Shown here: piece after piece, positions 29,950-39,245 of the stretch
Layout of the letters: each line of letters begins with the position of its first letter
How positions within the stretch are numbered: position 1 is the first letter of the stretch
NCBI RefSeq assembly: GCF_035470145.1
Contig: NZ_DATIRC010000017.1
Span: forward strand, 438-64,437
DNA: 64,000 bases
DNA from: Romboutsia sp.
GTDB lineage: Bacteria; Bacillota; Clostridia; Peptostreptococcales; Peptostreptococcaceae
Reading direction: 5' to 3'
The notes under the pieces: model-generated
Database searches by the model: none
Told to the model about the DNA's origin: nothing
Seen by the model: only the letters and a program-made list of their open reading frames with translations
Translations under genes and position numbers: made by a program

Positions 29950-32091
29950 ATGAATATAAATGAAATTTTAAAAAAAGAGTTTAATCTTAGAAATGAACAA
30001 ATCAATAATACTATAAAGCTTATAGATGATGGAAATACAATACCTTTTATTGCTAGATATAGAAAAGAAATGACTGGTGAAATGAGTGATGTTACTTTAA
30101 GAGAATTTCATGATAAATTAATATATTTGAGAAATTTACAAAGTAGAAAAGAAGATGTAATAAGAATAATTGAAGAACAAGGGAAACTTACAGGTGAAAT
30201 AAAATTAAATGTTGAAAAAGCTAATACACTTCAAGAAGTAGAAGATATATATTCCCCATATAAACAAAAGAAAAGAACTAGAGCAACTATAGCGAAAGAA
30301 AAAGGGCTAGAAGGATTAGCATCAGCAATATTAAATAGTAATATAGAAAATTTAGATTTAGAAGCTAAAAAATACATAAATGAAGAAAAAGAAGTAAATT
30401 CAATAGTAGACGCTATAAAGGGCGCAAGAGATATAATAGCAGAAGTCGTTTCTGATGATGCTAAAATAAGAAAGTACATAAGAGATCTTGCTTTAAGAGA
30501 AGGTATAATAGCTACAAAAAACTCTAAAGAAGAAAAATCAGTTTATGATATGTACTATGATTATAGTGAAGCTGTAAAAACAATAGTACCTCATAGAGTA
30601 TTAGCAATAAATAGAGGAGAAAAGGAAGAATTTTTAAAAGTAAAAGTTGAAATAAACAATGATAAAGTAATAAATCACATAATAAATGAATATGTAAACA
30701 ATGACAATTTTAAAAATAAATCAGAAATAGTCAATGCAATAGAAGATGCATACAAAAGATTAATATTCCCTTCAATAGAAAGAGAAATAAGAAATCATCT
30801 AACAGAAATAGCACAAGAAAGAGCTATAAGTGTATTTGGTCAAAATATAAAAAGCTTATTACTACAGCCGCCAGTAAAAGATAAAGTAGTTATGGGATTT
30901 GATCCTGCCTTTAGAACAGGATGTAAGATAGCGGTAGTTGATAAGAATGGTAAACTATTAGAAACTACTACGGTATATCCTACAGAGCCGCAAAACAACG
31001 TAGAAGGTGCAAAGAAAACATTAAAGATATTAATAGAAAAGCATAAAGTAGATATAATAGCAATTGGAAATGGAACAGCCTCAAGAGAATCAGAAAAATT
31101 TGTATCAGATATGATAAAAGAAATAGACAGAGACATTCAATATATAATTGTAAGTGAAGCAGGAGCATCAGTTTATTCTGCATCTCAACTTGCGAGTGAA
31201 GAACATCCAGATATAAATGTATCGTTAAGAGGAGCAATATCTATAGGCAGAAGATTACAAGACCCATTAGCAGAACTTGTTAAAATAGACCCTAAGAGCA
31301 TTGGAGTAGGTCAATACCAACATGATTTAAATCAAAAGCGATTAGAAGGTGTATTAGGAGGAGTAGTAGAAGATTCGGTAAATAGTGTTGGAGTAAATTT
31401 AAATACAGCATCATATTCATTATTAGAACATATTGCAGGGATAAGCAAAAGCATAGCTAAAAATATAATTGAATATAGAGAAGAAAATGGAGATTTTACC
31501 TCAAGAACTCAACTAAAAAAAGTAAAAAGATTAGGACCTCAAGCATTTACTCAATGTGCAGGATTTATGAGAATACTAGATGCAAAAAATCCTTTAGATA
31601 ACACAGGAGTACATCCAGAAAGTTATGATACATGTAAAAAAATGTTAGAAATACTTGGTTATTCACTTAAAGATATAGAAAATAAAAATATAGAAGATAT
31701 AGATTCTAAAGTTAACGAAATAGATATAAAAGAATTAAGTGAAAAATTAGAAGTAGGCCAGGTGACATTAAAAGATATAATAGCAGAAATAAAAAAACCT
31801 GGAAGAGATCCAAGAGAAGAAGGTATAAAACCTATATTAAGAACTGACGTATTAAAAATAGAAGATATTCAAGAGGGAATGATACTAAAAGGAACTGTAA
31901 GAAATGTAGTAGACTTTGGTGCATTTGTTGATATTGGTATAAAGAATGATGGATTAGTTCATAAATCGCAAATGAGTAAATCATTTGTTAAAGACCCAAT
32001 GACTATAGTTACAGTAGGAGATATTGTAGATGTAAAAGTTATAGGCGTTGATATGAACAAACAAAGAGTAGCTTTATCAATGAAGATATAA
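29950..32091 (+). CDS. tex: Tex-family RNA-binding protein
   Basis: TIPFIARYRKE, DPAFRTGCK, IDPKSIGVGQYQHD, C-terminal S1 domain. Confidence 0.93.
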   Translation: MNINEILKKEFNLRNEQINNTIKLIDDGNTIPFIARYRKEMTGEMSDVTLREFHDKLIYLRNLQSRKEDVIRIIEEQGKLTGEIKLNVEKANTLQEVEDIYSPYKQKKRTRATIAKEKGLEGLASAILNSNIENLDLEAKKYINEEKEVNSIVDAIKGARDIIAEVVSDDAKIRKYIRDLALREGIIATKNSKEEKSVYDMYYDYSEAVKTIVPHRVLAINRGEKEEFLKVKVEINNDKVINHIINEYVNNDNFKNKSEIVNAIEDAYKRLIFPSIEREIRNHLTEIAQERAISVFGQNIKSLLLQPPVKDKVVMGFDPAFRTGCKIAVVDKNGKLLETTTVYPTEPQNNVEGAKKTLKILIEKHKVDIIAIGNGTASRESEKFVSDMIKEIDRDIQYIIVSEAGASVYSASQLASEEHPDINVSLRGAISIGRRLQDPLAELVKIDPKSIGVGQYQHDLNQKRLEGVLGGVVEDSVNSVGVNLNTASYSLLEHIAGISKSIAKNIIEYREENGDFTSRTQLKKVKRLGPQAFTQCAGFMRILDAKNPLDNTGVHPESYDTCKKMLEILGYSLKDIENKNIEDIDSKVNEIDIKELSEKLEVGQVTLKDIIAEIKKPGRDPREEGIKPILRTDVLKIEDIQEGMILKGTVRNVVDFGAFVDIGIKNDGLVHKSQMSKSFVKDPMTIVTVGDIVDVKVIGVDMNKQRVALSMKI

Positions 32092-32114
32092 GATATATTA
32101 GGAGGAGAACATAT

Positions 32115-33272
32115 ATGATATTCATAAAAAATGGAATAATAAATACAATAACTAATGGAACAATACAAGAAGATATACTTGTGCAAGATGGGAAGATAAT
32201 AGAAATAGGAAAAAATATAGTAGCACCATTGGATGCTGAAATTATAGATGCAGAGGGAAAATTTATATTTCCAGGATTTATAGATGCACACACGCATTTA
32301 GGATTATGGGAAGATGGTATGGGATTTGAAGGTGCAGATGGAAATGAAGAAACAGATCCAATAACTCCACAATTAAATCCTATAGATGGAATTAACCCGA
32401 TGGATAATACTTTTAAGGAAGCAGTACAAGGTGGTATAACATCGGTATGTACAACTCCAGGGAGTGCAAATGTAATGGGGGGACAATGTATAGCTATAAA
32501 AACTTATGGTAGAAGAATAGATAACATGGTTATAAAAAATCCAGTTGCTTCTAAAATCGCCTTTGGAGAAAATCCCAAAAGCTGCTATGGAAGAGATGAA
32601 AAAACTCCTCAAACTAGAATGGCAATAGCATCTCTTTTAAGAGAAAATCTAAAAAAAGCAGAAGAATACTTAGAAGAAATGGAACTATACATGGAACATG
32701 AAGACCATGATAAGCCAGAGTATGATATAAGAATGGAAAGTTTATTACCAGTATTAAAAGGAGAAATACCTTTTAAGGTTCATGCACATAGGGCTGATGA
32801 TATATTCACAGCAATACGAATTGCAAAGGAATTTGATATAAAACTTACATTAGACCATTGTACAGAAGGTCATCTTATAGCCGAAGAATTAGTTGAAGAA
32901 GGATATCCGGTTGTAATAGGACCGTCATTATCAGAAAGATCTAAAATAGAACTAAGAAACTTAACTTTTGATACAGCAGGTATACTTTCTAACGCAGGAG
33001 TTAATGTATCATTAATGACAGATCACCCTGTAATACCAGTACAATATTTACCAATGTGTGCAGGGATAGCGGTAAAACATGGTATGAAAAAAGATAGAGC
33101 ATTTGAATCGATAACTATAAATCCTGCTAAAACTTTAGGAATAGAAGATAGAGTTGGTTCTATAGAAGTTGGAAAAGATGCAGATATAGTTATTTGGGAT
33201 GGGTGTCCACTAGAAATTCAAAGTAACGTGTTATGTACCATTATAAATGGTAAAATAGTTTATAAAAAATAA
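32115..33272 (+). CDS. Metal-dependent amidohydrolase
   Basis: PGFIDAHTHLG, HAHRADD, TDHPV, GSIEVGKDAD. Confidence 0.85.
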   Translation: MIFIKNGIINTITNGTIQEDILVQDGKIIEIGKNIVAPLDAEIIDAEGKFIFPGFIDAHTHLGLWEDGMGFEGADGNEETDPITPQLNPIDGINPMDNTFKEAVQGGITSVCTTPGSANVMGGQCIAIKTYGRRIDNMVIKNPVASKIAFGENPKSCYGRDEKTPQTRMAIASLLRENLKKAEEYLEEMELYMEHEDHDKPEYDIRMESLLPVLKGEIPFKVHAHRADDIFTAIRIAKEFDIKLTLDHCTEGHLIAEELVEEGYPVVIGPSLSERSKIELRNLTFDTAGILSNAGVNVSLMTDHPVIPVQYLPMCAGIAVKHGMKKDRAFESITINPAKTLGIEDRVGSIEVGKDADIVIWDGCPLEIQSNVLCTIINGKIVYKK

Positions 33273-33401
33273 TTGAGAATATATATGCAACAATTAAAAG
33301 GTTTTATATAATAACTACTTATATTTAAATAAGTAGTTGATTTTACATAAATAATTGAATATTATATAAGTATAAATAAGGAAAATTAAATAGCACGATA
33401 G

Positions 33402-33511
33402 ATCTTCGGGGCAGGGTGTAATTCCCTACCGGCGGTATAGCCCGCGAGCTACATTTGTAGCATGATTTGGTGGAATTCCAAAGCCGACAGTATAGTCTGG
33501 ACGAGAGAAGA
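33402..33511 (+). ncRNA. FMN (RFN) riboswitch
   Basis: ATCTTCGGGGCAGGGTGTAATTCCCTACCGGCGGT...AGCCCGCGAG...GCCGACAGTATAGTCTGGACGAGAGAAGA. Confidence 0.96.
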
Positions 33512-33571
33512 AGCAAATTTTTTGCATTGTCTATTAATATAAATCATGTATATTATATAACTTGTACTCAA

Positions 33572-33612
33572 AAAATAAGCTCGAAGATAGATCTCTTCGA
33601 GCTTTTATTTTT
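33572..33612 (+). terminator. FMN riboswitch leader terminator
   Basis: AAGCTCGAAGA...TCTTCGAGCTTTTATTTTT between aptamer and RBS. Confidence 0.8.
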
Positions 33613-33642
33613 CCTAATAATAAAATTAGGAGGTTGTATTTT

Positions 33643-34260
33643 ATGCAAGAAACAATTAAAAGTAATAAGATATTTAAAACATCTACTTTAGTAAAGGTAG
33701 GTATATTAGGAGCAATAGGATATATACTAATGTTTATATCTGCTCCACTACCAATGTTATTCCCAGAATTCTTAAAAATAGATATATCTGATTTAACAGC
33801 ATTATTAGGAGGCATAGCATTAGGACCAATAGCAGGAGTTACAATATCTTTCTTAAAAAACTTATTACAGTTCATAACGGGATTTTCAACAACAGGAGGA
33901 GTTGGAGAATTAGCTAATTTTTTAATAGGTGGATCTTTTGTATGGGTAGTATCATTCATTTATTCTAAAAAAAATAATATCAAAGGTGTAATTACGGGGC
34001 TTATACTTGGAACTATAGTTATGACTACAGTAGGATGTATAGCAAACTATTTTATAATATTACCTTTCTACGAAACAATGGGATGGCCAATAGAAGCTGT
34101 AGTTGCTATGGGAGCTGCTATAAATCCTTCGATAGTAGATAAATTGACTTTTGTAATATGGGCTATAGCTCCATTTAACTTATTAAAGGCAATGTTAATA
34201 TCTTTATTAACATTACCAATGTATAAGAGAACAGAAAAAGTTTTAAATAAAGTTAAATAA
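33643..34260 (+). CDS. ribU: ECF transporter S component, riboflavin (RibU-like)
   Basis: PEFLKIDISD, GVGELANF, PFNLLKA; under an FMN riboswitch; ATG 33643 after AGGAGG. Confidence 0.88.
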   Translation: MQETIKSNKIFKTSTLVKVGILGAIGYILMFISAPLPMLFPEFLKIDISDLTALLGGIALGPIAGVTISFLKNLLQFITGFSTTGGVGELANFLIGGSFVWVVSFIYSKKNNIKGVITGLILGTIVMTTVGCIANYFIILPFYETMGWPIEAVVAMGAAINPSIVDKLTFVIWAIAPFNLLKAMLISLLTLPMYKRTEKVLNKVK

Positions 34261-34272
34261 ATATTTAAATAT

Positions 34273-34319
34273 AAAAAATCCCAAGTACATATTATCGGAT
34301 ATATGTATTTGGGATTTTT
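34273..34319. terminator. Bidirectional terminator between ribU and convergent gene
   Basis: AAAAATCCCAAGTACATAT...ATATGTATTTGGGATTTTT. Confidence 0.75.
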
Positions 34320-34336
34320 ATGTTTAGAATAGTCTA

Positions 34337-34660
34337 TTAAAAATATTTCCAATAAGCTATTAAACTAAAAATAGCAGATATAAGTGTATAGAGTAGTGAT
34401 ACTATAAAAGGAATATTAATATGGAAATCTATAAAATGAGTATTTGTACGAGAGTCTTTATGAAGTAGGTGTTTAAATCTAACGTTTGATAGCTCTGTAG
34501 TAAATCCACCTTCGCTAGAAAAGAAACCTATAATAATAGTGGATATTAGACCAGTCATAAATGATAATTCTAAAAACGGTAGTTGTAAGAATTTAGATAA
34601 GGAAAAATTCAGGACTAATAATATGAAGATAGATAAGAAAGCAGAAATAAATTTTTTCAA
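34337..34660 (-). CDS. Small 3-TM hypothetical membrane protein
   Basis: 107-aa ORF, hydrophobic segments, FFSSEGG motif, GGGGG RBS before TTG start. Confidence 0.65.
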   Translation of the reverse strand: MKKFISAFLSIFILLVLNFSLSKFLQLPFLELSFMTGLISTIIIGFFSSEGGFTTELSNVRFKHLLHKDSRTNTHFIDFHINIPFIVSLLYTLISAIFSLIAYWKYF

Positions 34661-35043
34661 TATGGAGCCCCCTACATAATATTTATAATTAATGTATATG
34701 CTGAATTATAAGACTTAAGTTACATAGAATCAATAAATATATATTGTTTTATATATTAAAAAGCACTTACTTTTAAAGTAAGTGCCTAGGGGAATAAGAA
34801 ATATTTAATATTGGGGGAGTAAATATCTCTGATATTTTAATTATGATCTATAAAATGAAATAATATACATAAATTTTATAATTAGATGTTATTTATTGAT
34901 TATAGTTATAAATACTTTATAATTATAGACTGTTATAATATAATAATATCTAGCCAACAATTATAATTAAGGGATATTGATATGAGAACTATTTAAATAA
35001 AATATATGAAGTTAATTTGATAAAATATTACGGAGATGAAATT

Positions 35044-35496
35044 ATGGTTAATATATATTTAGAAGATGAAAATAAAACAAAAGAAATTGGATATAAATTA
35101 GGAACACTTTTACAACCAGGTAGTGTAATATGCTTAATAGGAGATTTAGGAGCGGGAAAGACTACTATGACTCAAAGTTTAGCAAAAGCTTTAGAAGTTG
35201 ATGATTATATAACGAGCCCAACATTTACGATAGTAAATGAATATGAAGGAAAAATACCATTATATCATTTTGATGTATACAGAATAGGTAGTAGTGATGA
35301 AATGTATGATATAGGATATGATGATTACATAAATGGAGAAGGTGTGTGTATAATAGAATGGGCAAATCTAATAGAAGACATACTTCCAGATGAATATTTA
35401 CATATAGAATTAAGATATAAAGATATGTCAAGAGAGATGATATTAAATCCAGTCGGAAAAAAATATGAAAAGATAGTTGAGGAGCTGACAAAATAA
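35044..35496 (+). CDS. tsaE: tRNA t6A biosynthesis ATPase TsaE
   Basis: GDLGAGKTT, SPTFTIVNEY, HFDVYR, IEWA. Confidence 0.95.
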   Translation: MVNIYLEDENKTKEIGYKLGTLLQPGSVICLIGDLGAGKTTMTQSLAKALEVDDYITSPTFTIVNEYEGKIPLYHFDVYRIGSSDEMYDIGYDDYINGEGVCIIEWANLIEDILPDEYLHIELRYKDMSREMILNPVGKKYEKIVEELTK

Positions 35497-36212
35497 TGAA
35501 GGTTTTAGGTATAGATACATCTTCAATGGCTACAAGTGTAGCTGTAATAGAAAATAATAAGTTAATATGTGAATACACAATAAATACTAAAAAAACGCAC
35601 TCTCAAAAGCTTATGCCAATGATAGAAAATATGCTTAAGATAAGTGATATAAATGTTAATGAAATGGACATGATTGCAGTATGTGAAGGACCGGGTTCAT
35701 TTACAGGACTAAGAATAGGTATGGCTACTGCAAAAGCTATAGCACATGTGAATAATTTACCTATAGTAGGTGTAAATTCAGTAGAGTTATTATCGGGTAA
35801 TATGAATTTATGTGATAAAAAAATCTGTGCAATATTAGATGCACAAAGAACTCAAGTTTACATGGGTAAATATAAATTTGAAAATAATGAGTTAGTTGAA
35901 ATAAAAAATGTTGATGTAGTTGAAATAGATGAGTTAATAGAAGATTTATCAACTAGCAACGAAGAATGGATTTTAGTTGGAGAAGCTGTTTATAAATATG
36001 AGGACAAACTTAAAGAAGTGGAAAATATATACATACCAGCTCCTTCTCATAATGTAAGCAAGGCAAGTAGTTTATGTACGATAGCGGTGAACAAATATAA
36101 TAAAAATATAGATGTTTATGATTGTTATAGCGTAAAACCTATATATATAAGAAAATCTCAAGCAGAAGTTCAATATGATGAAAAGATGAAGAGGTTAAAT
36201 AATGGAAAATAA
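35496..36212 (+). CDS. tsaB: tRNA t6A biosynthesis protein TsaB
   Basis: LGIDTS, HSQKLMP, GPGSFTGLRIG. Confidence 0.95.
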   Translation: MKVLGIDTSSMATSVAVIENNKLICEYTINTKKTHSQKLMPMIENMLKISDINVNEMDMIAVCEGPGSFTGLRIGMATAKAIAHVNNLPIVGVNSVELLSGNMNLCDKKICAILDAQRTQVYMGKYKFENNELVEIKNVDVVEIDELIEDLSTSNEEWILVGEAVYKYEDKLKEVENIYIPAPSHNVSKASSLCTIAVNKYNKNIDVYDCYSVKPIYIRKSQAEVQYDEKMKRLNNGK

Positions 36213-36657
36213 TTTAATTATAGAGAAAATGACATCGAAAGATATTGATGGAGTTTTTGAAGTAGAAAAAAACTGTTTTGTACACCATTGGTCTAAAGAC
36301 GCATTTAAAAAAGAACTTAATAATGATGTTGCAAGATATTTAGTAGCAAAGATAGATGAAAAAGTAGTCGGTTATGTTGGTATATGGTTTGTAATGGATG
36401 AAGGACATATAACTAATGTAGCAGTTCATAGTGACTATAGAGGTAAAAAAATTGGTGATGAATTAGTTAAAGAGTTAGTAGAACTATGTAGACAAAACAA
36501 TATAGTATCGATGACTTTAGAAGTAAGAGTATCTAACATAGTAGCTCAAAATCTGTATAAAAAATATGGATTTAAGTTAGCTGGAATTAGAAAAGAATAC
36601 TATAGTGATAATAAAGAAGATGCTATGATAATGTGGAATGATGTAAAGGCGGTGTAG
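36202..36657 (+). CDS. rimI: Ribosomal-protein-alanine N-acetyltransferase
   Basis: ITNVAVH..YRG..IG, LEVRVSN..AQNLY, RKEYY...EDA. Confidence 0.92.
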   Translation: MENNLIIEKMTSKDIDGVFEVEKNCFVHHWSKDAFKKELNNDVARYLVAKIDEKVVGYVGIWFVMDEGHITNVAVHSDYRGKKIGDELVKELVELCRQNNIVSMTLEVRVSNIVAQNLYKKYGFKLAGIRKEYYSDNKEDAMIMWNDVKAV

Positions 36658-36659
36658 GC

Positions 36660-37676
36660 ATGAAAGATATAATAACATTAGCAGTAGAAAGTAGTTGTGA
36701 TGAAACAGCTGTAGCAGTTTTAAGAAATGGTAGAGAAGTACTATCAAATATAATTAATACTCAAATAGATTTACATAAAAAGTTTGGTGGAGTAGTACCT
36801 GAAGTAGCATCAAGAAAACATATAGAGAATATAGATGGAGTGCTACAAGAAGCTTTAGATAAAGCTAATATTACATTAAATGATATAGATCATATAGCAG
36901 TAACTTATGGACCAGGATTAGCAGGAGCATTGTTAGTAGGATTATCTCATGCTAAGGCACTTGCTTTTGCTTTAAATAAGCCTCTAGTAGGTGTTAATCA
37001 TATAGAAGGTCACGTTAGTGCAAATTATATAGAACATAAGGATTTAAAGCCACCATTTATAACGTTAATAGTATCAGGCGGACACACTCACTTAGTAGAA
37101 GTAAAAGACTATGGGGAGTATGAAATTCTAGGGAGAACTAGAGACGATGCATCGGGAGAGGCTTTTGATAAAATAGCTAGAGCTATGGGCTTAGGGTACC
37201 CAGGCGGACCAATAATAGATAGATTAGCTAAGGAAGGAAATAAAAAAGCAATAGAATTCCCAAGAGCTTATATAGATGAAGGATATGATTTTAGTTTTAG
37301 TGGAGTAAAGTCATCCGTCTTAAATTATTTAAATGCTAAAAAAATGAAAAATGAAGAAATAGTTGTTGAAGATGTAGCAGCATCATTCCAAGAAGCAGTT
37401 GTAGAAGTTTTATCTAAGAAAGCTATAAAGGCAGCAACTGAAAAAGGATATGACACAATAACACTTGCTGGTGGAGTTGCATCAAATTCAGCACTTAGAG
37501 AAAAAATTACAGAATTAGGAAAAGAGCATAATATAAATATAAAATATCCATCATTAATTTTGTGTACGGATAATGCAGCTATGATAGGATGTGCAGGATA
37601 TTATAATTTCATAAATGGAAGAACTCATGATATGAGTTTAAATGCAGTGCCTAACTTAAAGATAGGTGAGAGATAA
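36660..37676 (+). CDS. tsaD: tRNA N6-threonylcarbamoyltransferase TsaD
   Basis: [36 protein letters not shown]. Confidence 0.97.
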   Translation: MKDIITLAVESSCDETAVAVLRNGREVLSNIINTQIDLHKKFGGVVPEVASRKHIENIDGVLQEALDKANITLNDIDHIAVTYGPGLAGALLVGLSHAKALAFALNKPLVGVNHIEGHVSANYIEHKDLKPPFITLIVSGGHTHLVEVKDYGEYEILGRTRDDASGEAFDKIARAMGLGYPGGPIIDRLAKEGNKKAIEFPRAYIDEGYDFSFSGVKSSVLNYLNAKKMKNEEIVVEDVAASFQEAVVEVLSKKAIKAATEKGYDTITLAGGVASNSALREKITELGKEHNINIKYPSLILCTDNAAMIGCAGYYNFINGRTHDMSLNAVPNLKIGER

Positions 37677-37693
37677 TATTATTCTACAATTAT

Positions 37694-37731
37694 AAAAAGG
37701 TTAATCCATAAAATTATGGGTTAACCTTTTT
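37694..37731. terminator. Bidirectional terminator tsaD/MATE
   Basis: AAAAAGGTTAATCCATAA/TTATGGGTTAACCTTTTT. Confidence 0.8.
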
Positions 37732-37745
37732 AAGCAATTGATTAT

Positions 37746-39122
37746 TTAATTCAATTCTTTAACTATATTAGCGGCCCATTTTTTAGAAATTGCTCTTGGA
37801 ACACCGAATATAAATTTAAAGATTTCTTCTGCATAAGTAAGTAAAACTAAAATATAAATAGGAGCTCCATTAAATGCAGCCAAGAAAGTTAGCGGTATTG
37901 AAGCAAACCACATACATCCTAATTCTAAGAAAAGAGCATACTTAGTATCTCCACCGCTTCTTAATATTCCTATAACTAATAATGTGTTAAATGATCTAAG
38001 ACCCATCATTATACCCATTATAAGAAATATTTTTGTGATATCTGGAGCCAGGCTTTCAGATACACTGAATATTTTTAACAATAGTGGTATATTTAATATT
38101 AGTAAACCACCAAATATTAATCCTGTGAAGAAAACAATAATAGAGAATTTTTTAGCATATACTATTGCTCTATCTATATGATCTGAGCCAAGTTCATTTC
38201 CTAACATTATAGACGAACCTATAGCGATACATACAGCAGTTATTATAAAGAAATTTCCAGTACTTGTAGCTATTTGACTAGCTGCAATAGCAGAAGTACC
38301 AGCCTTTGCGTATGCTACTGAATATAAAACTGTACCAACAGCCCATGCACTATCATTTAAAAATATAGGTACACTCTTTGATAAGAATGAGCTTGCGAAG
38401 GTTTTATCAATAAGCTTTAAATCGATTAAACTGAATTTCAATATATAATCTTTTTTAGCAAAATAAACATATCCAATAATTAAAATTAATTCTATAATTC
38501 TGGCTATAACAGTTGCCAAAGCAGCTCCTTTTACACCTAACATAGGAAGACCTAAGTTACCGAATATAAGACCATAGTTAAGAATTATATTAATAATTAG
38601 TGCTATTGAACTACAAAACATTCCAAGTTTAGGATTTCTAACTCCTCTTGAACTCATACTAAATACGGTACTAATTGCAATAAGCGGATAGCAAAGTATC
38701 ACTATACTAAAATACTCAGTGCATAATTTAATTACCTCAGGATCATAAGAAAAAATATGAATGATAGTAGTTGGCATAATTAAAGCTGGTATAAAGAAAA
38801 ATGAACTAAGTAAAATTGCTAAAATTGTACTAAATCCAGTAACTTTACGGATATTAGTTACGTCACCTTTTCCATAAAACTGAGAAATAAAAACTCCGGC
38901 ACCACCTGTAATACCTGATAGTGACATATTAAATAAGAAGAAAAATTGATTTGCAACTCCTATTGAAGCAACAGACGCTTCTCCTAAGCTACTTATCATA
39001 ACTGTATCGATTACATTTACAGAAGTAGATATAAGTTGTTGTATAATAATTGGAATACATAAAGAAATAAGGATTTTATAAAATCGCCTATTATCTTCAG
39101 TTAATGAAAACAATCCCTGCAA
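37746..39122 (-). CDS. MATE-family efflux transporter
   Basis: About 12 TM; D..MISSLG, SQFYG, LIFGNLGLPMLGVKGAALAT, GILRSGGDT. Confidence 0.9.
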   Translation of the reverse strand: MQGLFSLTEDNRRFYKILISLCIPIIIQQLISTSVNVIDTVMISSLGEASVASIGVANQFFFLFNMSLSGITGGAGVFISQFYGKGDVTNIRKVTGFSTILAILLSSFFFIPALIMPTTIIHIFSYDPEVIKLCTEYFSIVILCYPLIAISTVFSMSSRGVRNPKLGMFCSSIALIINIILNYGLIFGNLGLPMLGVKGAALATVIARIIELILIIGYVYFAKKDYILKFSLIDLKLIDKTFASSFLSKSVPIFLNDSAWAVGTVLYSVAYAKAGTSAIAASQIATSTGNFFIITAVCIAIGSSIMLGNELGSDHIDRAIVYAKKFSIIVFFTGLIFGGLLILNIPLLLKIFSVSESLAPDITKIFLIMGIMMGLRSFNTLLVIGILRSGGDTKYALFLELGCMWFASIPLTFLAAFNGAPIYILVLLTYAEEIFKFIFGVPRAISKKWAANIVKELN

Positions 39123-39245
39123 AATATCACCTCTCTATTAAATTATCATGATATAAATCATATCATAATACACTACTTGTGTAACTAAATAAAAAATAAA
39201 AATTTATACAAATAATACTAACCAAAAAGAAGCCAAATTTGGCTT

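Noticed and set aside
33467-33691. 74-aa ORF, and the extended TTG start of ribU at 33562
   Set aside because: Both overlap the FMN riboswitch leader and its terminator; the real RBS and ATG are at about 33628-33645
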